In this document: one piece after another, positions 1-10,098 of the stretch
Layout: every line of letters begins with the position of its first letter
How positions within the stretch are numbered: position 1 is the first letter of the stretch
Source of the DNA: Thermoanaerobaculia bacterium
GTDB lineage: Bacteria; Acidobacteriota; Thermoanaerobaculia; Multivoradales; Multivoraceae
Reading direction: 5' to 3'
Assembly (NCBI GenBank): GCA_963666565.1
Contig: OY762911.1
Coordinates: 4,640,001-4,704,000 of the forward strand
Length of the DNA stretch: 64,000 nucleotides
Made by a program: the position numbers and the translations under genes
The notes under the pieces: generated by a model
The model's input: only the letters and a program-made list of their open reading frames with translations
Told to the model about the DNA's origin: nothing
The model's database searches: none

Positions 1-1119
1 ACCGACCCGCGGGTCCCGGAGCTGCTCGCGGGCCTCTACGACGAGCTGCTGCCGCAGTTCGGCAGCCGGCGCTTCAACGTCGGCCTGGACGAGACGTTCG
101 ACCTGGGCCGCGGCCGCTCCGCCGAGGCGTGCGAGGAACGAGGCAAGCCGGCCGTGTACCTCAACTTCCTGCGCCGGGTCCACGGCCTCGTCGCCGAACG
201 CGGCCGGCGGATGCTGTTCTGGGGCGACATCATCCTCGAGCACCCGGAACTGATCGACCGCGTCCCCGAAGACGCGGTCGCCCTGTGCTGGGGCTACGAG
301 GCGAACCATCCGTTCGAGGAGCAGTGCGCCCGGCTGGCGGCCTCCGGCCGTGAGTTCTGGGTCTGCCCCGGCACCAGCAGTTGGAACAGCTTCGGCGGCC
401 GCCTGCAGAACGCCGTCGGCAACCTGGCCCTTGCCGCAACGGCCGGTTCGGAGGCCGGCGCCCAGGGTCTTCTCATCACCGACTGGGGCGACCACGGACA
501 CCTGCAGCCGCCAGCGATCGCCGAGCTGCCGCTATCCGTCGGCGCCGGTTTCGCCTGGTCCGTCGAGGCGGCGCGCGAAGCGGTTAGCGGCCCCGAGCAA
601 AACGAGGAGGCCTGGCTCGACCACGCCGTCCGCCTGGTCTACGACGGAGACAAGACGCTGGCGCGCACCGTAGTCGACCTCGGCGCCATCGACCTGGACT
701 GCGGCGGCCCGGTGATCAACGGCACCGCTCTCTTCTACCTGCTCCGGTTCATCGACGACGACCTCGCTCACCGGCGCTTCCGACGGCTCACCATCGCCAC
801 GCTGCAACGGACGTACGCCCGGCTGGCCGCCACCAGGGACCGGTTGAACCAGGTCGAGAACGACCCGAGCCATGCCGCGCTGGACTGGACCTGCCGGATG
901 ATGACGTGGTGCTGCCAGTTGGGCGTCGCGCGCCTCGCGGCCGGCCGCGGCTTGCGAGCCGGCCAGCTCCCACCGAAGGTTCGCGCCACCCTCGGCGCCG
1001 ACCTCCGCGACATCGCCGGCGACCTCCCCGACATCTGGCTCGCCACCAGCCGCGAGGGCGGCCTGCGAGAGTCGCAGGACCTCCTGCTCCGCGCCGCCGC
1101 CGTTCTCGACGGTTCTTGA
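1..1119 (+). CDS. Glycoside hydrolase family 20 (beta-N-acetylhexosaminidase-like), 5'-partial
   Basis: Frame 1 is open from base 1. It contains the GH20-like catalytic segment FNVGLDE, then MLFWGDI, WGYE, VCPGTSSWNS and GLLITDWGD. Confidence 0.8.
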   Translation, partial: TDPRVPELLAGLYDELLPQFGSRRFNVGLDETFDLGRGRSAEACEERGKPAVYLNFLRRVHGLVAERGRRMLFWGDIILEHPELIDRVPEDAVALCWGYEANHPFEEQCARLAASGREFWVCPGTSSWNSFGGRLQNAVGNLALAATAGSEAGAQGLLITDWGDHGHLQPPAIAELPLSVGAGFAWSVEAAREAVSGPEQNEEAWLDHAVRLVYDGDKTLARTVVDLGAIDLDCGGPVINGTALFYLLRFIDDDLAHRRFRRLTIATLQRTYARLAATRDRLNQVENDPSHAALDWTCRMMTWCCQLGVARLAAGRGLRAGQLPPKVRATLGADLRDIAGDLPDIWLATSREGGLRESQDLLLRAAAVLDGS

Positions 1120-1144
1120 TTGCAATGCAATCGCCATGTACTCT
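1116..1144 (+). promoter_or_regulatory. Putative sigma70 promoter and palindromic operator of the fitAB-like TA operon
   Basis: TTGATT-17 nt-TACTCT overlaps the perfect inverted repeat GATTGCA-A-TGCAATC (1118-1132), directly upstream of the RHH antitoxin. Confidence 0.65.
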
Positions 1145-1172
1145 CCGGGGTCAAAGGGGAGGACATCGAATC

Positions 1173-1418
1173 GTGGCGAGCATCACCGTCAGGAAACTCG
1201 ACGAAGGAGTGAAGAGGCGCCTCCGCGTGCGCGCGGCCGACAACGGCCGGTCGATGGAAGAAGAGGTCCGGTTGATTCTGCGCGAGGCCGTTCAGCGAGA
1301 CGCCGAGCCCGAAACGGGACTGGGGACGGCGATCCACGAGCTCTTCAAGCCCCTTGGCGGCGTGGAGCTGGAGCTGCCGCCAAGGGAGCCCATGCGTGAA
1401 CCACCCCGCTTCGACTGA
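1173..1418 (+). CDS. FitA/StbC-like ribbon-helix-helix antitoxin
   Basis: GTG start after GGAGG. The sequence MASITVRKLDEGVKRRLRVRAADNGRSMEEEVRLIL is typical of FitA-like proteins. Confidence 0.88.
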   Translation: MASITVRKLDEGVKRRLRVRAADNGRSMEEEVRLILREAVQRDAEPETGLGTAIHELFKPLGGVELELPPREPMREPPRFD

Positions 1419-1863
1419 CTCCCCCACGACCGTCATCGTGGACACGAACGTCGTGTCGGAGTTCATGCGGCCCAAGCCGCAGCCGATCGTCCTCGCTTGG
1501 CTGGACAGCCAGTTAAGGCGCAGCCTGTTCGTGACCGCCGTGACCGAAGCCGAGATCCGCGCGGGAATAGCGTTCCTGCCTGAAGGCCGGCGACGCCGGC
1601 TACTCGCCCGAGCCGCCGATCAGGCGTTCGGCGACTTGTTCCCGGGCCGCATCCTTCCCTTCGACACGGAAGCCGCGAGGGCCTATGCAAAGATCGCCGC
1701 CCGCTGCCGAAGGGCAGGACGGCCGATCTCGCAGCCGGACGGCCAGATTGCGGCTATTGCCCACTCTCGCGACGCCATGTTGGCAACACGAAACGTCCAG
1801 GACTTCAAGCTGGCCGCCGTTCACCTCGTCAATCCCTGGCCGCCTGTCGAGGACAACCAATGA
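1396..1863 (+). CDS. vapC: VapC/FitB PIN-domain toxin (start codon uncertain)
   Basis: PIN motifs IVDTNVVSE, TEAEI, DGQIAAIA and LATRNVQDF; follows the antitoxin. Confidence 0.88.
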   Translation: MNHPASTDSPTTVIVDTNVVSEFMRPKPQPIVLAWLDSQLRRSLFVTAVTEAEIRAGIAFLPEGRRRRLLARAADQAFGDLFPGRILPFDTEAARAYAKIAARCRRAGRPISQPDGQIAAIAHSRDAMLATRNVQDFKLAAVHLVNPWPPVEDNQ

Positions 1864-2309
1864 CCGAAATCTCGATCGTCACCGTCGAGGAACAGACCCT
1901 GCTGGCGGTGCGCACCAGCGCCGCCTTCACTGAGATTCCCGCCAAGCTCCTGCCCTTGATGGAGCGGGTCGGCGCCTTCGTGCGGGAACACGGCGTCGAG
2001 GGCGCCGGCCAGAACGTCTGGTTCTACCGCGAGGTCAGCGGCGACCGGATGGAGGTCGACGTGGCCGTCCAGGTTCCCGCCTCGACCGGGGCCGCGGAAG
2101 GCCTCGTCCGCTCGGCGACGCCGGCGGGCCGGTGCGCCCACGCCGTGCTCCACGGCGACTACAGCGAGATTCCAGGCGTCCATCAGGCGATCCACCGGTG
2201 GTGCGCCGAGCAGAACCTCGTGCTCGCCGGTCCGTGCTGGGAGGTCTACGGCGACTGGCACGACGACCCCGCGAAGCGCCGCACCGACATGTACCACCTT
2301 CTCGCCTGA
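1860..2309 (+). CDS. GyrI-like small-molecule-binding domain protein
   Basis: PAGRCAHAVLHGDYSEI and GPCWEVY motifs; ATGA overlap with vapC. Confidence 0.8.
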   Translation: MTEISIVTVEEQTLLAVRTSAAFTEIPAKLLPLMERVGAFVREHGVEGAGQNVWFYREVSGDRMEVDVAVQVPASTGAAEGLVRSATPAGRCAHAVLHGDYSEIPGVHQAIHRWCAEQNLVLAGPCWEVYGDWHDDPAKRRTDMYHLLA

Positions 2310-2326
2310 CGGCAAAAGGCGCTCGA

Positions 2327-3504
2327 GTGAAGGTCGACGTCCTCGTCGACGCGTTCCGGAATCGCTTCGGGGCCGAGCCCGACGTTATCGCCCGCGCGCC
2401 CGGCAGGGCCAACCTGCTGGGGGCGCACGTCGACTACAGCGAGGGCTGGGTGCTGCCGGCGGCGATCGACCGCGCGGTGTGGGTCGCCGCCCGACCGGCA
2501 CGCGGCGCGGAGACCCGGCTTGCGGCACTCGATCTCGGCGAGGAGGAATCGTTCGACGTCGCCGCGCCCGACCCGCCCGTCTCGGAGCGCGGCGCGCCGT
2601 CCTCCTGGGTCGACTATCCGCGGGGGCTGGCCTGGGCGCTCGGCCAGCGCGGGATCGAGGTGCCGCCGATCGAAGGCGTGTTCGGCGGCGACCTGCCGAT
2701 CGGCGCCGGCGTCAGTTCCTCGGCGGCCGTCGAGATGGCGTTCCTCGTCGCCTGGGAGCAGCTCGCCGGCTTCGAACTGGACGGGATCGAGCGAGCGGGC
2801 ATCGGCCGGCAGGTCGAGAACGAGTACGTCGGCGTGCAGTCCGGCATCATGGACCAGTTTGCCTCGGTCCACGGCCGCGAAGGACACGCCCTGCTGCTCG
2901 ACTGCCGGTCGCTCGCGCACGAACTGATACCGACCCCGGAAGACCTCGTCTTCCTGGTCGCGGACACCGGCGTCCGCCGCGCCCTCGCCTCCGGCACCGG
3001 CTTCAACGACCGCAAGTCGGAGTGCTTCCGCGCCGCGGACCTGCTGCGACCCCATCTGCCGGAGCTCTCCACGCTCCGCGACCTGGAGCCGGCCGACCTC
3101 CACCGGCTGCGACACCTGCTCGAATCGCCGCTCGACCGCCGCGCCCGCCACGTCGTCACCGAGTGCCGCCGCGTCCTCGATGGCGCCGAAGCGCTGCGGC
3201 AGGCGACCTGCACGCGCTCGGCGACCTGATGGCCCAGTCGCACCGCAGCTCCCGCGACGACTACGACGTGAGCATCGAGGAACTCGACGTGCTCCAGGAG
3301 GCCGCGGCCGGCGCCGAAGGCTGCTACGGCGCCCGCCTCACCGGCGCCGGCTTCGGCGGTTGCGTGACCGCGATCACCAGCGAAGCCGCCGCCGGCCAGG
3401 TCCGCGAGCGCACCGCGGCGGCCTTCGAGCGCCGATTCGGCCGGCGGCCGGAGATTCACGCATGCCGGGTTGGCGAAGGCGCCGCGGCGGTCGGTCCGAC
3501 GTAA
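2327..3504 (+). pseudogene. galK: Galactokinase with a single frameshift near 3200 (pseudogene or sequencing error)
   Basis: APGRANLLGAHVDY, PIGAGVSSSAA and GIMDQ lie in one frame (stop at 3229). GDLMAQSH, YDVSIEELD and GARLTGAGFGG lie in another frame, ending at 3504. Confidence 0.85.
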
Positions 3505-4022
3505 CGGACGGCCTCCAGCAGGTGCTCTCCGGGCCGGCCCAGAAAGGCCGCCCGCCAACCCACCAGATCGGGCCGCGGGCCGAACAGCACGATCGTGTGG
3601 CCGGAACGCGCCTCGCCCGGCACGAACCCGCCGCCTTCGACCCTCAGGCCACGTGCCATGCCCGGCTTGAGCGCGGCCGACCGCGCCCGCAGGCCGGTGG
3701 CGCCGGCGGCACGCAGACGACGAGCCTCCCGGCGGCACGCCTCCCAGGTCTCTGGACCGCCGGTCAGCACGTCCAGCGGCAACCGCGGCGTCGCGAGTTC
3801 CTGGGCGCCGATGTCGACGGCCCACAGCGTACGCCGCATTGCATGCAGACCCGCAAGATCCCGGACATCGTAACGGCGAAGGTACTCGGCCCAGGCCCCA
3901 TCCGGCGTGTCGCTGAGGTACTGGACCGGCCCTTCTCCCCGTTCATGCCAGCGACTGCCTGGCTGCGAGGACCTTTCCCAGAGGAAAGGGCGCACCGGAG
4001 AGGCGTGGCGGTACGCGATCAC
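3456..4022 (-). CDS. RES-domain toxin
   Basis: RES motifs YRH, GSRWH, YLSDTPDGAWAEY and GLRARSAAL; lies downstream of an Xre/MbcA-type gene. Confidence 0.82.
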   Translation of the reverse strand: MIAYRHASPVRPFLWERSSQPGSRWHERGEGPVQYLSDTPDGAWAEYLRRYDVRDLAGLHAMRRTLWAVDIGAQELATPRLPLDVLTGGPETWEACRREARRLRAAGATGLRARSAALKPGMARGLRVEGGGFVPGEARSGHTIVLFGPRPDLVGWRAAFLGRPGEHLLEAVRYVGPTAAAPSPTRHA

Positions 4023-4041
4023 GCTGCCGGCCAGTGCGCCG

Positions 4042-4659
4042 CTACGAGTCGAGCCAGCGAGCGAGTTCCCGAACCCGGGCCGGGTCCGGCTCCTCGGGCT
4101 TCCAGTCGCCCACGAGGAGTTCCGCGGGCGAAGCGCCGTCCAGCAGGTAGTGCGGCCTGTCGAACCAGAGCCGAACGCCCTCGTCGGTGAAGCCGCCGGC
4201 AATGTGGAAGGTGACGAATGCCAGCAGGTGCAGCCGCGCGGCCACGCGGTCGGGCATCGTGCGCGAGCCCGACAGGTACCGGCGCAGGCTGACGACGGAG
4301 ATGCCGAGCAACCTGGCGAGCAGACCGCGCCCCAGGATGTCGTTGAGCTTCGGGCCCTCCGTCGCCGGAACCGGCGATTCCTCGAGCGCCGCGCTCAGTT
4401 GTTCGAGCCGGCGGATGAACCGATCGCGGTCGTGCTCTCCCTCCGGCGTTTCCCACCTTAGACGCCTCCCGACCCCAGCGCGGCGAATCCGCTGGAGCGC
4501 GTCGTTCCAGACCGCGCCGACCGCGCCGTCGAGGGCGGAAGCGGCGGTTCCACCCACGATCCCCATGGCCTCGGCCTTGGTCAGGACCTCGATGCCGAGC
4601 TCGCTGGACTCCCGATCACGGAACGGATCGCCGTCGGATCCTTTTCGGTTCCTGGTCAT
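4042..4659 (-). CDS. Xre/MbcA/ParS-type antitoxin
   Basis: HTH-like LARLLGISVVSLRRY and C-terminal VRLWFDRPHYLLDGASPAELL toxin-binding motif. Confidence 0.78.
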   Translation of the reverse strand: MTRNRKGSDGDPFRDRESSELGIEVLTKAEAMGIVGGTAASALDGAVGAVWNDALQRIRRAGVGRRLRWETPEGEHDRDRFIRRLEQLSAALEESPVPATEGPKLNDILGRGLLARLLGISVVSLRRYLSGSRTMPDRVAARLHLLAFVTFHIAGGFTDEGVRLWFDRPHYLLDGASPAELLVGDWKPEEPDPARVRELARWLDS

Positions 4660-4798
4660 GATCCAAAACGTATCCGCCGCGGGACCGGCATGTCAAGCCT
4701 GCAAGAAGACCGCGTCGCGGGCGGTACGCCTCCGAGCGCCGCACGCGGCGGCTACACTCCACGTCTCGCGGAACGGCGAAGGGCGAACCGGAGACCTG

Positions 4799-5632
4799 AT
4801 GATGACCGCGATCGACACCGGCACGAACGAACTCCTCTGCGACCTCGAGGCCGGCGTCGCCACGGTGACGCTGAACAAACCGGAGAAGCGGAACGCGCTG
4901 GGAGACATCCTGACGCCGGCGCTTCGGAGCATCCTGTTGACCCTCGAAGCGGACGACCGCTGCGGCGCCATCCTGCTGACCGGCGCGGGCCGGGCGTTCT
5001 GCGCCGGCGGCGACGTCTCGGGCATGGGGGCGAACCGCCGGAAAGACAACGACGCGCCCAAGGCGCCGCCGACGGTCGACGAAGCCGTCGCCACGCTGAT
5101 CGAGAAGCAGAAATCGCTGACGCTGCGGATGGCGGAGCTGGCCAAGCCGATCGTCGCCGCCCTGCCCGGGCCTGCGGCCGGCGCCGGCCTTTCCATCGCG
5201 CTCGCCGCCGACCTCCGCGTCATGGCGGACGACACCTTCGTCACCACCGCCTTCCGGCGCATCGGACTGTCCGGGGACTACGGGTCGAGCTGGTTCCTGA
5301 CGCGCCTCGTGGGTCCCGCCGTGGCGAAGGAACTCCTGATGACCGGCCGCCGCATCACGGCCGAGGAGTGCCTGAAGCTCGGAATCGTCAACCGGATCGT
5401 GCCCTTCGACGACCTGGCGACCGAGGCGCGAGGTCTCGCGCTCGAACTCGCCAACGGACCCCGGTCGGCGCTCCGCTACATGAAGCGGAACGTGAACCGG
5501 GCGGTACTCGGAAGCCTGCGGGAGTCGCTCGCCGTCGAGGCCGAGGGGATGGTCCGCTCGGTGCGAACGGCGGACCACAGGGAGGCCGTGCGGGCGTTCA
5601 TGGAGAAGCGGGAGCCCCGGTTCGGACGCTGA
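4799..5632 (+). CDS. Enoyl-CoA hydratase/isomerase family protein
   Basis: Motifs TLNKPEKRNAL, AFCAGGDV, GPAAGAGLSIALAADLR and AFMEKREPRF. Confidence 0.92.
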   Translation: MMTAIDTGTNELLCDLEAGVATVTLNKPEKRNALGDILTPALRSILLTLEADDRCGAILLTGAGRAFCAGGDVSGMGANRRKDNDAPKAPPTVDEAVATLIEKQKSLTLRMAELAKPIVAALPGPAAGAGLSIALAADLRVMADDTFVTTAFRRIGLSGDYGSSWFLTRLVGPAVAKELLMTGRRITAEECLKLGIVNRIVPFDDLATEARGLALELANGPRSALRYMKRNVNRAVLGSLRESLAVEAEGMVRSVRTADHREAVRAFMEKREPRFGR

Positions 5633-5716
5633 ACCGATCCGGGCACGCCCGACGTTTCGTCCCGCGGCGTGCGCTCCCTGCCGGACGCCGGCGCCCGGCG
5701 CGAGCCACGGTTCCCG

Positions 5717-8700
5717 TCAGGCGCCTTCGAGAGCGGGCTCGGCGTCGCCGGGAGGCGCCGCCGGGGGTTTCGCACCGTGGATCGCGATCTGCGAACGGAA
5801 GTCGTTCAGGATGGCGTAGAGCGACGGCACGAGCAACAGCGTGATCGCGGTCGCGAACAGGACCCCGAAGGCGAGCGACACCGCCATCGGGACCAGGAAC
5901 TGGGCCTGGAAACTCCGTTCCAGGAGCAGGGGCAGCAGGCCCACGAACGTCGTCAGCGAGGTCAGGACGATCGGCCGGAAGCGGGCTGCGCCGGCATCGT
6001 GGATCGCCTGGTGTACCGGCATGCCGATCTGGAGCCGCCGGTTGATGAAGTCGACCATGACCAGGGAGTCGTTGACGACGACTCCGGTCAGTGCGATCAG
6101 CCCGAGCAGCGACAGCATGGTCAGGTTGATGCCGATGACCCGGTGGCCGATCACGGCGCCGATCAGGCCGAACGGGATCGCGCTCATCACGATCAGCGGC
6201 TGCAGGTAGGACTTGAAGGGAATCGCGAGCAGAGCGTAGATCACGATCAGTGCCAGACCGAGGGCCCGGAACAGGCCCTCGAAGGTCTGACGCTGCTCCT
6301 CCTGCTCGCCCGCGAACGAGAAGTCGACGCCGGGGTAGCCCGCGAGGATCGCGGGCAGCACGTTGGCCTCGAGGTCGCCGACGACCTCGTTCGCGGTCAC
6401 GACCGCCGGATCCACGTCCGCCGTGATGTTCAGCACCCGCCTCCGGTCGATCCGCTGGATCGTCGCGAAGCCGCGGCCGAACTCGGCGCGGCCCGCGAAC
6501 GAGAACGGCACCTCGGCCCCGGCCGGCGTCCGGATCCGCATGTCCTCGAGCGACGCCAGCGTCTCTCGCTCGTCGGCCGGGTAGCGCACCATGACCCGGA
6601 CGTCGTCGCGACCGCGCTGTATGCGCTGCGCCTCGGCGCCGTAGAAACCCTGTCGCACCTGGCGGCCCAGATCCTCGAGACTCAGGCCCAGCGCTTCCGC
6701 CCGCTGGTCGAGCTCCAGCCGGATTTCCCGCTTGCCGGCCCGGAAGGAGTCCGAGATGTCGAACACGCCCGGGTAGTCGGCCAGCCGCGCCTTGATCTCC
6801 TCGCCAACGGCCCGCAGGTGGTCGAGGTTCCGGCCGGCGAGCTGGACATCCACGGCCGAGCCGAAGCTGACCAGGCTGGCCGTGTACTCGACTCTTACCG
6901 CGTCGGCCACCGGACCCACCTTGTCGCGCCAGCGCCGGGCCACCTCCGTAGCTCGAATCGTCCGCTCCTGGGAGGACGCGAGCTCGATGTTCACTTCGCC
7001 CTGGTGCGGCGCCGCGACCGCCACCTCGAAGCCGGCGGTCGGTCCGCTCGCCTGCTGGAGCGCCGCGTAGGGCTGCGACCCGACCGTCGCCATCACGTGG
7101 CGAAACAGGTCGGCGTGACCCTCGGCCTCCAGTTCGGCTTCCAGCTCGAACGCGGCCGCTTCGATGCGGCGTACGGCGGCCAGGGTGGTCGAGGCCGGTG
7201 TCCCCTGCGGCATCGTCAGCAGGACGACCGCGTTGTCGGCCTCGACGTCCGGGAAGAACTCGAACTTCATCCGGCCCGAGAACACGTAACCCGCGGTGAT
7301 GAAGAGGACCGCCAGACCGATCGCCACCGTGGAGTATCGCCACTCGATCGCCCGCTCGATCAGCGGCCGGTAGCCGCGCTCGATCGCCCACTTCATCCGG
7401 TTGGCGAAGAAGCCCTGGAAGAGCGCCCAGCCCCAGAGAGACCGTCCGCCCTTCCCTTCCTGGTGCCGGTGGGTCAGGTGGGAGAGATGGTTCGGCAGCA
7501 CCAGCATGGACTCGATCAGGGAGAAGGCGAGGCAACCGATGACGACGAGAGGGATCGTCCTCGCGATCGCTCCCGACGGGCCTTCGACGGAGTTGATGAG
7601 CGGCGAGAACGCGGCCAGCGTGGTGAGGATCGAGAAGGTGACGGGAGTCGCCACCTGGCGGGCTCCATCGATCGCGGCACGCGGGCCCGACTTGCCCATC
7701 TCGAAGTGGCGGTAGATGTTCTCGCCGACCACGATCGCGTCGTCGACGACGATGCCGAGCACGAGAATGAACGCGAACAGGGACATCACGTTGATCGAAA
7801 CGTCGACCAGCGGCAGCAGGCCGAGAGCGCCCATGAAGGACACCGCGATACCGACGGACACCCAGAGCGCCAGCCGGAACTTGAGGAACAGCGCCAGCAC
7901 CAGGAACACGAGCAGCAAGCCCAGGCGACCGCTCTCGATCAACACCCGCAACCGGTCCTGCAACGGCACCGTGTCGTCGAGCCAGGTCGTCATCGACAGG
8001 CCGGGCGGCAACGTCGCCTGGCGTTCCGCGACGAAGCCCTTGACCTGGCGCGCGAGCCGCAGCGCGCTCTGGTCGCCGACCCGGTAGACCTGCACCAGGG
8101 CGACCGGCTGGCCGTCGAACCGGGACGTCACGTCGGTCTCGGCGAAGCCGTCTCTCACTTCCGCTATGTCGCCGAGAACCAGGCGGCTGCCGTCGGGCCG
8201 GGCCCGCAGCACGATGTCGCTGAACTCGGCGCCGCGGTACGCCTGGCCCATCGTGCGCAGGAGGATCTCGCCGCCCCGCGCCCTCACGGCGCCCCCCGGC
8301 AGGTCGACCGACGAGCGGCGGACGGCCAGCACGACCTCGTCGAAGGTCAGGCCGTACTGCCGCAGGGTGTCCTCGGAGACCTCGATCGAGATCTCGTACG
8401 GCCGCACCGCGTCGAGTTCGACCTGGGTGATGTCCGGCAGGTCGGAGAGGCCTTCCCGGACCTCCTCCGCGACCGCCTTGAGCGCCCTCTCCTCGACGTC
8501 GCCGTAGATGGCAACCGTGATCACCCGGCGGCGGATGAGCGCCTCCTGGATGATCGGTTTCTCGGTCTCCACCGGAAACGTCGTGATCGCGTCGATCCGC
8601 GACTTGACCTCGTCCAGCACCTCGCGTGTGTCCGCGTCCGTCTCCAGTTCGATGACTACCGTGCCGGAACCTTCGGCGGCCGTGGACCGGATCGTGTCGA

Positions 8701-8932
8701 CTCCCTCCAGGTCCTGCACCGCCTCCTCGATCCGCAGGCACACGCCCTGTTCGACCTCCTCGGGCGCCGCGCCGAGGTAGGGAACGTTGACGGTGACGCT
8801 CTGGGTTTCCATGCTCGGAAAGACCTCGATCGGGATTCCGGTCAGGGCGAGCAGGCCCCAGGCCACGATCAGGACCATCAGCAGGTTCGCCGCCACGCCG
8901 TTGCGGGCGAACCAGGCGATCGTCCCGCTCAC
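5717..8932 (-). CDS. RND efflux transporter permease (AcrB/AcrD/AcrF family)
   Basis: 1071 aa; GIVVDDAIVVGEN, GVVVNDSLV and RFRPIVLTSLTT. Confidence 0.95.
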   Translation of the reverse strand: MSGTIAWFARNGVAANLLMVLIVAWGLLALTGIPIEVFPSMETQSVTVNVPYLGAAPEEVEQGVCLRIEEAVQDLEGVDTIRSTAAEGSGTVVIELETDADTREVLDEVKSRIDAITTFPVETEKPIIQEALIRRRVITVAIYGDVEERALKAVAEEVREGLSDLPDITQVELDAVRPYEISIEVSEDTLRQYGLTFDEVVLAVRRSSVDLPGGAVRARGGEILLRTMGQAYRGAEFSDIVLRARPDGSRLVLGDIAEVRDGFAETDVTSRFDGQPVALVQVYRVGDQSALRLARQVKGFVAERQATLPPGLSMTTWLDDTVPLQDRLRVLIESGRLGLLLVFLVLALFLKFRLALWVSVGIAVSFMGALGLLPLVDVSINVMSLFAFILVLGIVVDDAIVVGENIYRHFEMGKSGPRAAIDGARQVATPVTFSILTTLAAFSPLINSVEGPSGAIARTIPLVVIGCLAFSLIESMLVLPNHLSHLTHRHQEGKGGRSLWGWALFQGFFANRMKWAIERGYRPLIERAIEWRYSTVAIGLAVLFITAGYVFSGRMKFEFFPDVEADNAVVLLTMPQGTPASTTLAAVRRIEAAAFELEAELEAEGHADLFRHVMATVGSQPYAALQQASGPTAGFEVAVAAPHQGEVNIELASSQERTIRATEVARRWRDKVGPVADAVRVEYTASLVSFGSAVDVQLAGRNLDHLRAVGEEIKARLADYPGVFDISDSFRAGKREIRLELDQRAEALGLSLEDLGRQVRQGFYGAEAQRIQRGRDDVRVMVRYPADERETLASLEDMRIRTPAGAEVPFSFAGRAEFGRGFATIQRIDRRRVLNITADVDPAVVTANEVVGDLEANVLPAILAGYPGVDFSFAGEQEEQRQTFEGLFRALGLALIVIYALLAIPFKSYLQPLIVMSAIPFGLIGAVIGHRVIGINLTMLSLLGLIALTGVVVNDSLVMVDFINRRLQIGMPVHQAIHDAGAARFRPIVLTSLTTFVGLLPLLLERSFQAQFLVPMAVSLAFGVLFATAITLLLVPSLYAILNDFRSQIAIHGAKPPAAPPGDAEPALEGA

Positions 8933-10098
8933 TGCGCGCTCCCACCGACAGCAGCGCGCTCAGGTTCGGGCTGCGGCGTCACCCGCATCCCGTCCACCGC
9001 GCTCTCGAGAATCGTGAGGCTGATCCGGTCCCCTGCCGACAGGCCGTCGGAGACGATCACGACCTCCGGGTCCGCGCGCAGGATCCCGACCCGGCGCAGG
9101 ACCAGCCTGCCGTCCTCCACCAACCACACCCGGTCCGCTCCCACCAGCGCCCCGCGCGGCACCTGGAACACGGATTCCACCGATCGGCCGACCACCTCCG
9201 CGTCGACGAACAGGCCCACCGACAGCGGCGGCCGGTCCCCGGACGCCCGGTACGGGTCGTCCACCCGGGCGATCAGGTTCACCATCCGGGTCGCCGGGTC
9301 GATCTCGCCGCCGACGCGCACGATCCGGCCCTCCCACTCGTGCCTACCGCCGGCGAACTGCGCCCGCAGCCGCGCCCGGGGCCCGGAGTCACCCAGCTCG
9401 CCGCCGAGCGGCAGGTCGAGGAAGGCGAGTTCCGAATCGGGCACCGGCAGGACGACCTCGGCCGCGTCCACCGCGTAGATCGTGGCCAGCGGCACGCCCC
9501 GGTTGACGAACTCGCCGCGGTCGACCCGCTTGGCGCGCAACCTGCCGGCGAAGGGCGCCCGGATCGCCGTCCGTTCGAGATCCAGTTCGGCGCGCCTCTT
9601 GTTGGCGAGGGCGGCCTCCACCTGCGCCCTCGCCTCGGCCAACTGCGGCTGGCGGAGAACCAGCGGGCTGGGCTCCCCGCCGGCTCCGAGCTCCTCCCAC
9701 TCTTCACGGGCGACATCGGCCTCGGCCTGCTCGCGAGCCAGCGCCACTCCCGCCTGCGCGAGGGCGGCGCGGGCGCTAGCCAGTGCCAGCTCGTAGTCGC
9801 GCCGGTCAAGCCGCAGCAGCACCTCGCCGGCATCGAAGAAGCCGCCGACTTCGAAGCTCTCCGCCGTCCAGACGATCGTGCCCGCGACCTCCGAGACCAA
9901 GTCCGCCTCGGTCACCGGGATGACCGATCCCTGGGAACGAACGCCCAGCTCGACCGCGGTCGGCCTGGCGGTCAGGACGCGGACCGGCGGCGGCGCGATC
10001 TCCCGCGGCGCGGTCTCGACCACCGGCCTGGACCGAACCAGGCCGACGACCACCAGAGCGGCCACCGCCAGAATCGCGGCCGGCAGGGCCCACTTCAT
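8929..10098 (-). CDS. RND efflux periplasmic adaptor (membrane fusion protein)
   Basis: Starts MKWALPAAIL with a TM anchor; lipoyl-like SEVAGTI and IRAPFAG, plus IDPATR. Overlaps both neighbouring genes by a few bases. Confidence 0.92.
   Translation of the reverse strand: MKWALPAAILAVAALVVVGLVRSRPVVETAPREIAPPPVRVLTARPTAVELGVRSQGSVIPVTEADLVSEVAGTIVWTAESFEVGGFFDAGEVLLRLDRRDYELALASARAALAQAGVALAREQAEADVAREEWEELGAGGEPSPLVLRQPQLAEARAQVEAALANKRRAELDLERTAIRAPFAGRLRAKRVDRGEFVNRGVPLATIYAVDAAEVVLPVPDSELAFLDLPLGGELGDSGPRARLRAQFAGGRHEWEGRIVRVGGEIDPATRMVNLIARVDDPYRASGDRPPLSVGLFVDAEVVGRSVESVFQVPRGALVGADRVWLVEDGRLVLRRVGILRADPEVVIVSDGLSAGDRISLTILESAVDGMRVTPQPEPERAAVGGSAQ

Noticed and set aside
3185-3235. Programmed ribosomal frameshift in galK
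   Set aside because: There is no slippery heptamer and no precedent known to me. An indel is the simpler explanation.
5598-9478. Very long alternative ORFs (1115 aa and 1269 aa) over the RND gene
   Set aside because: These are off-frame or antisense shadows typical of high-GC DNA, Arg/Gly/Pro-rich and without motifs.
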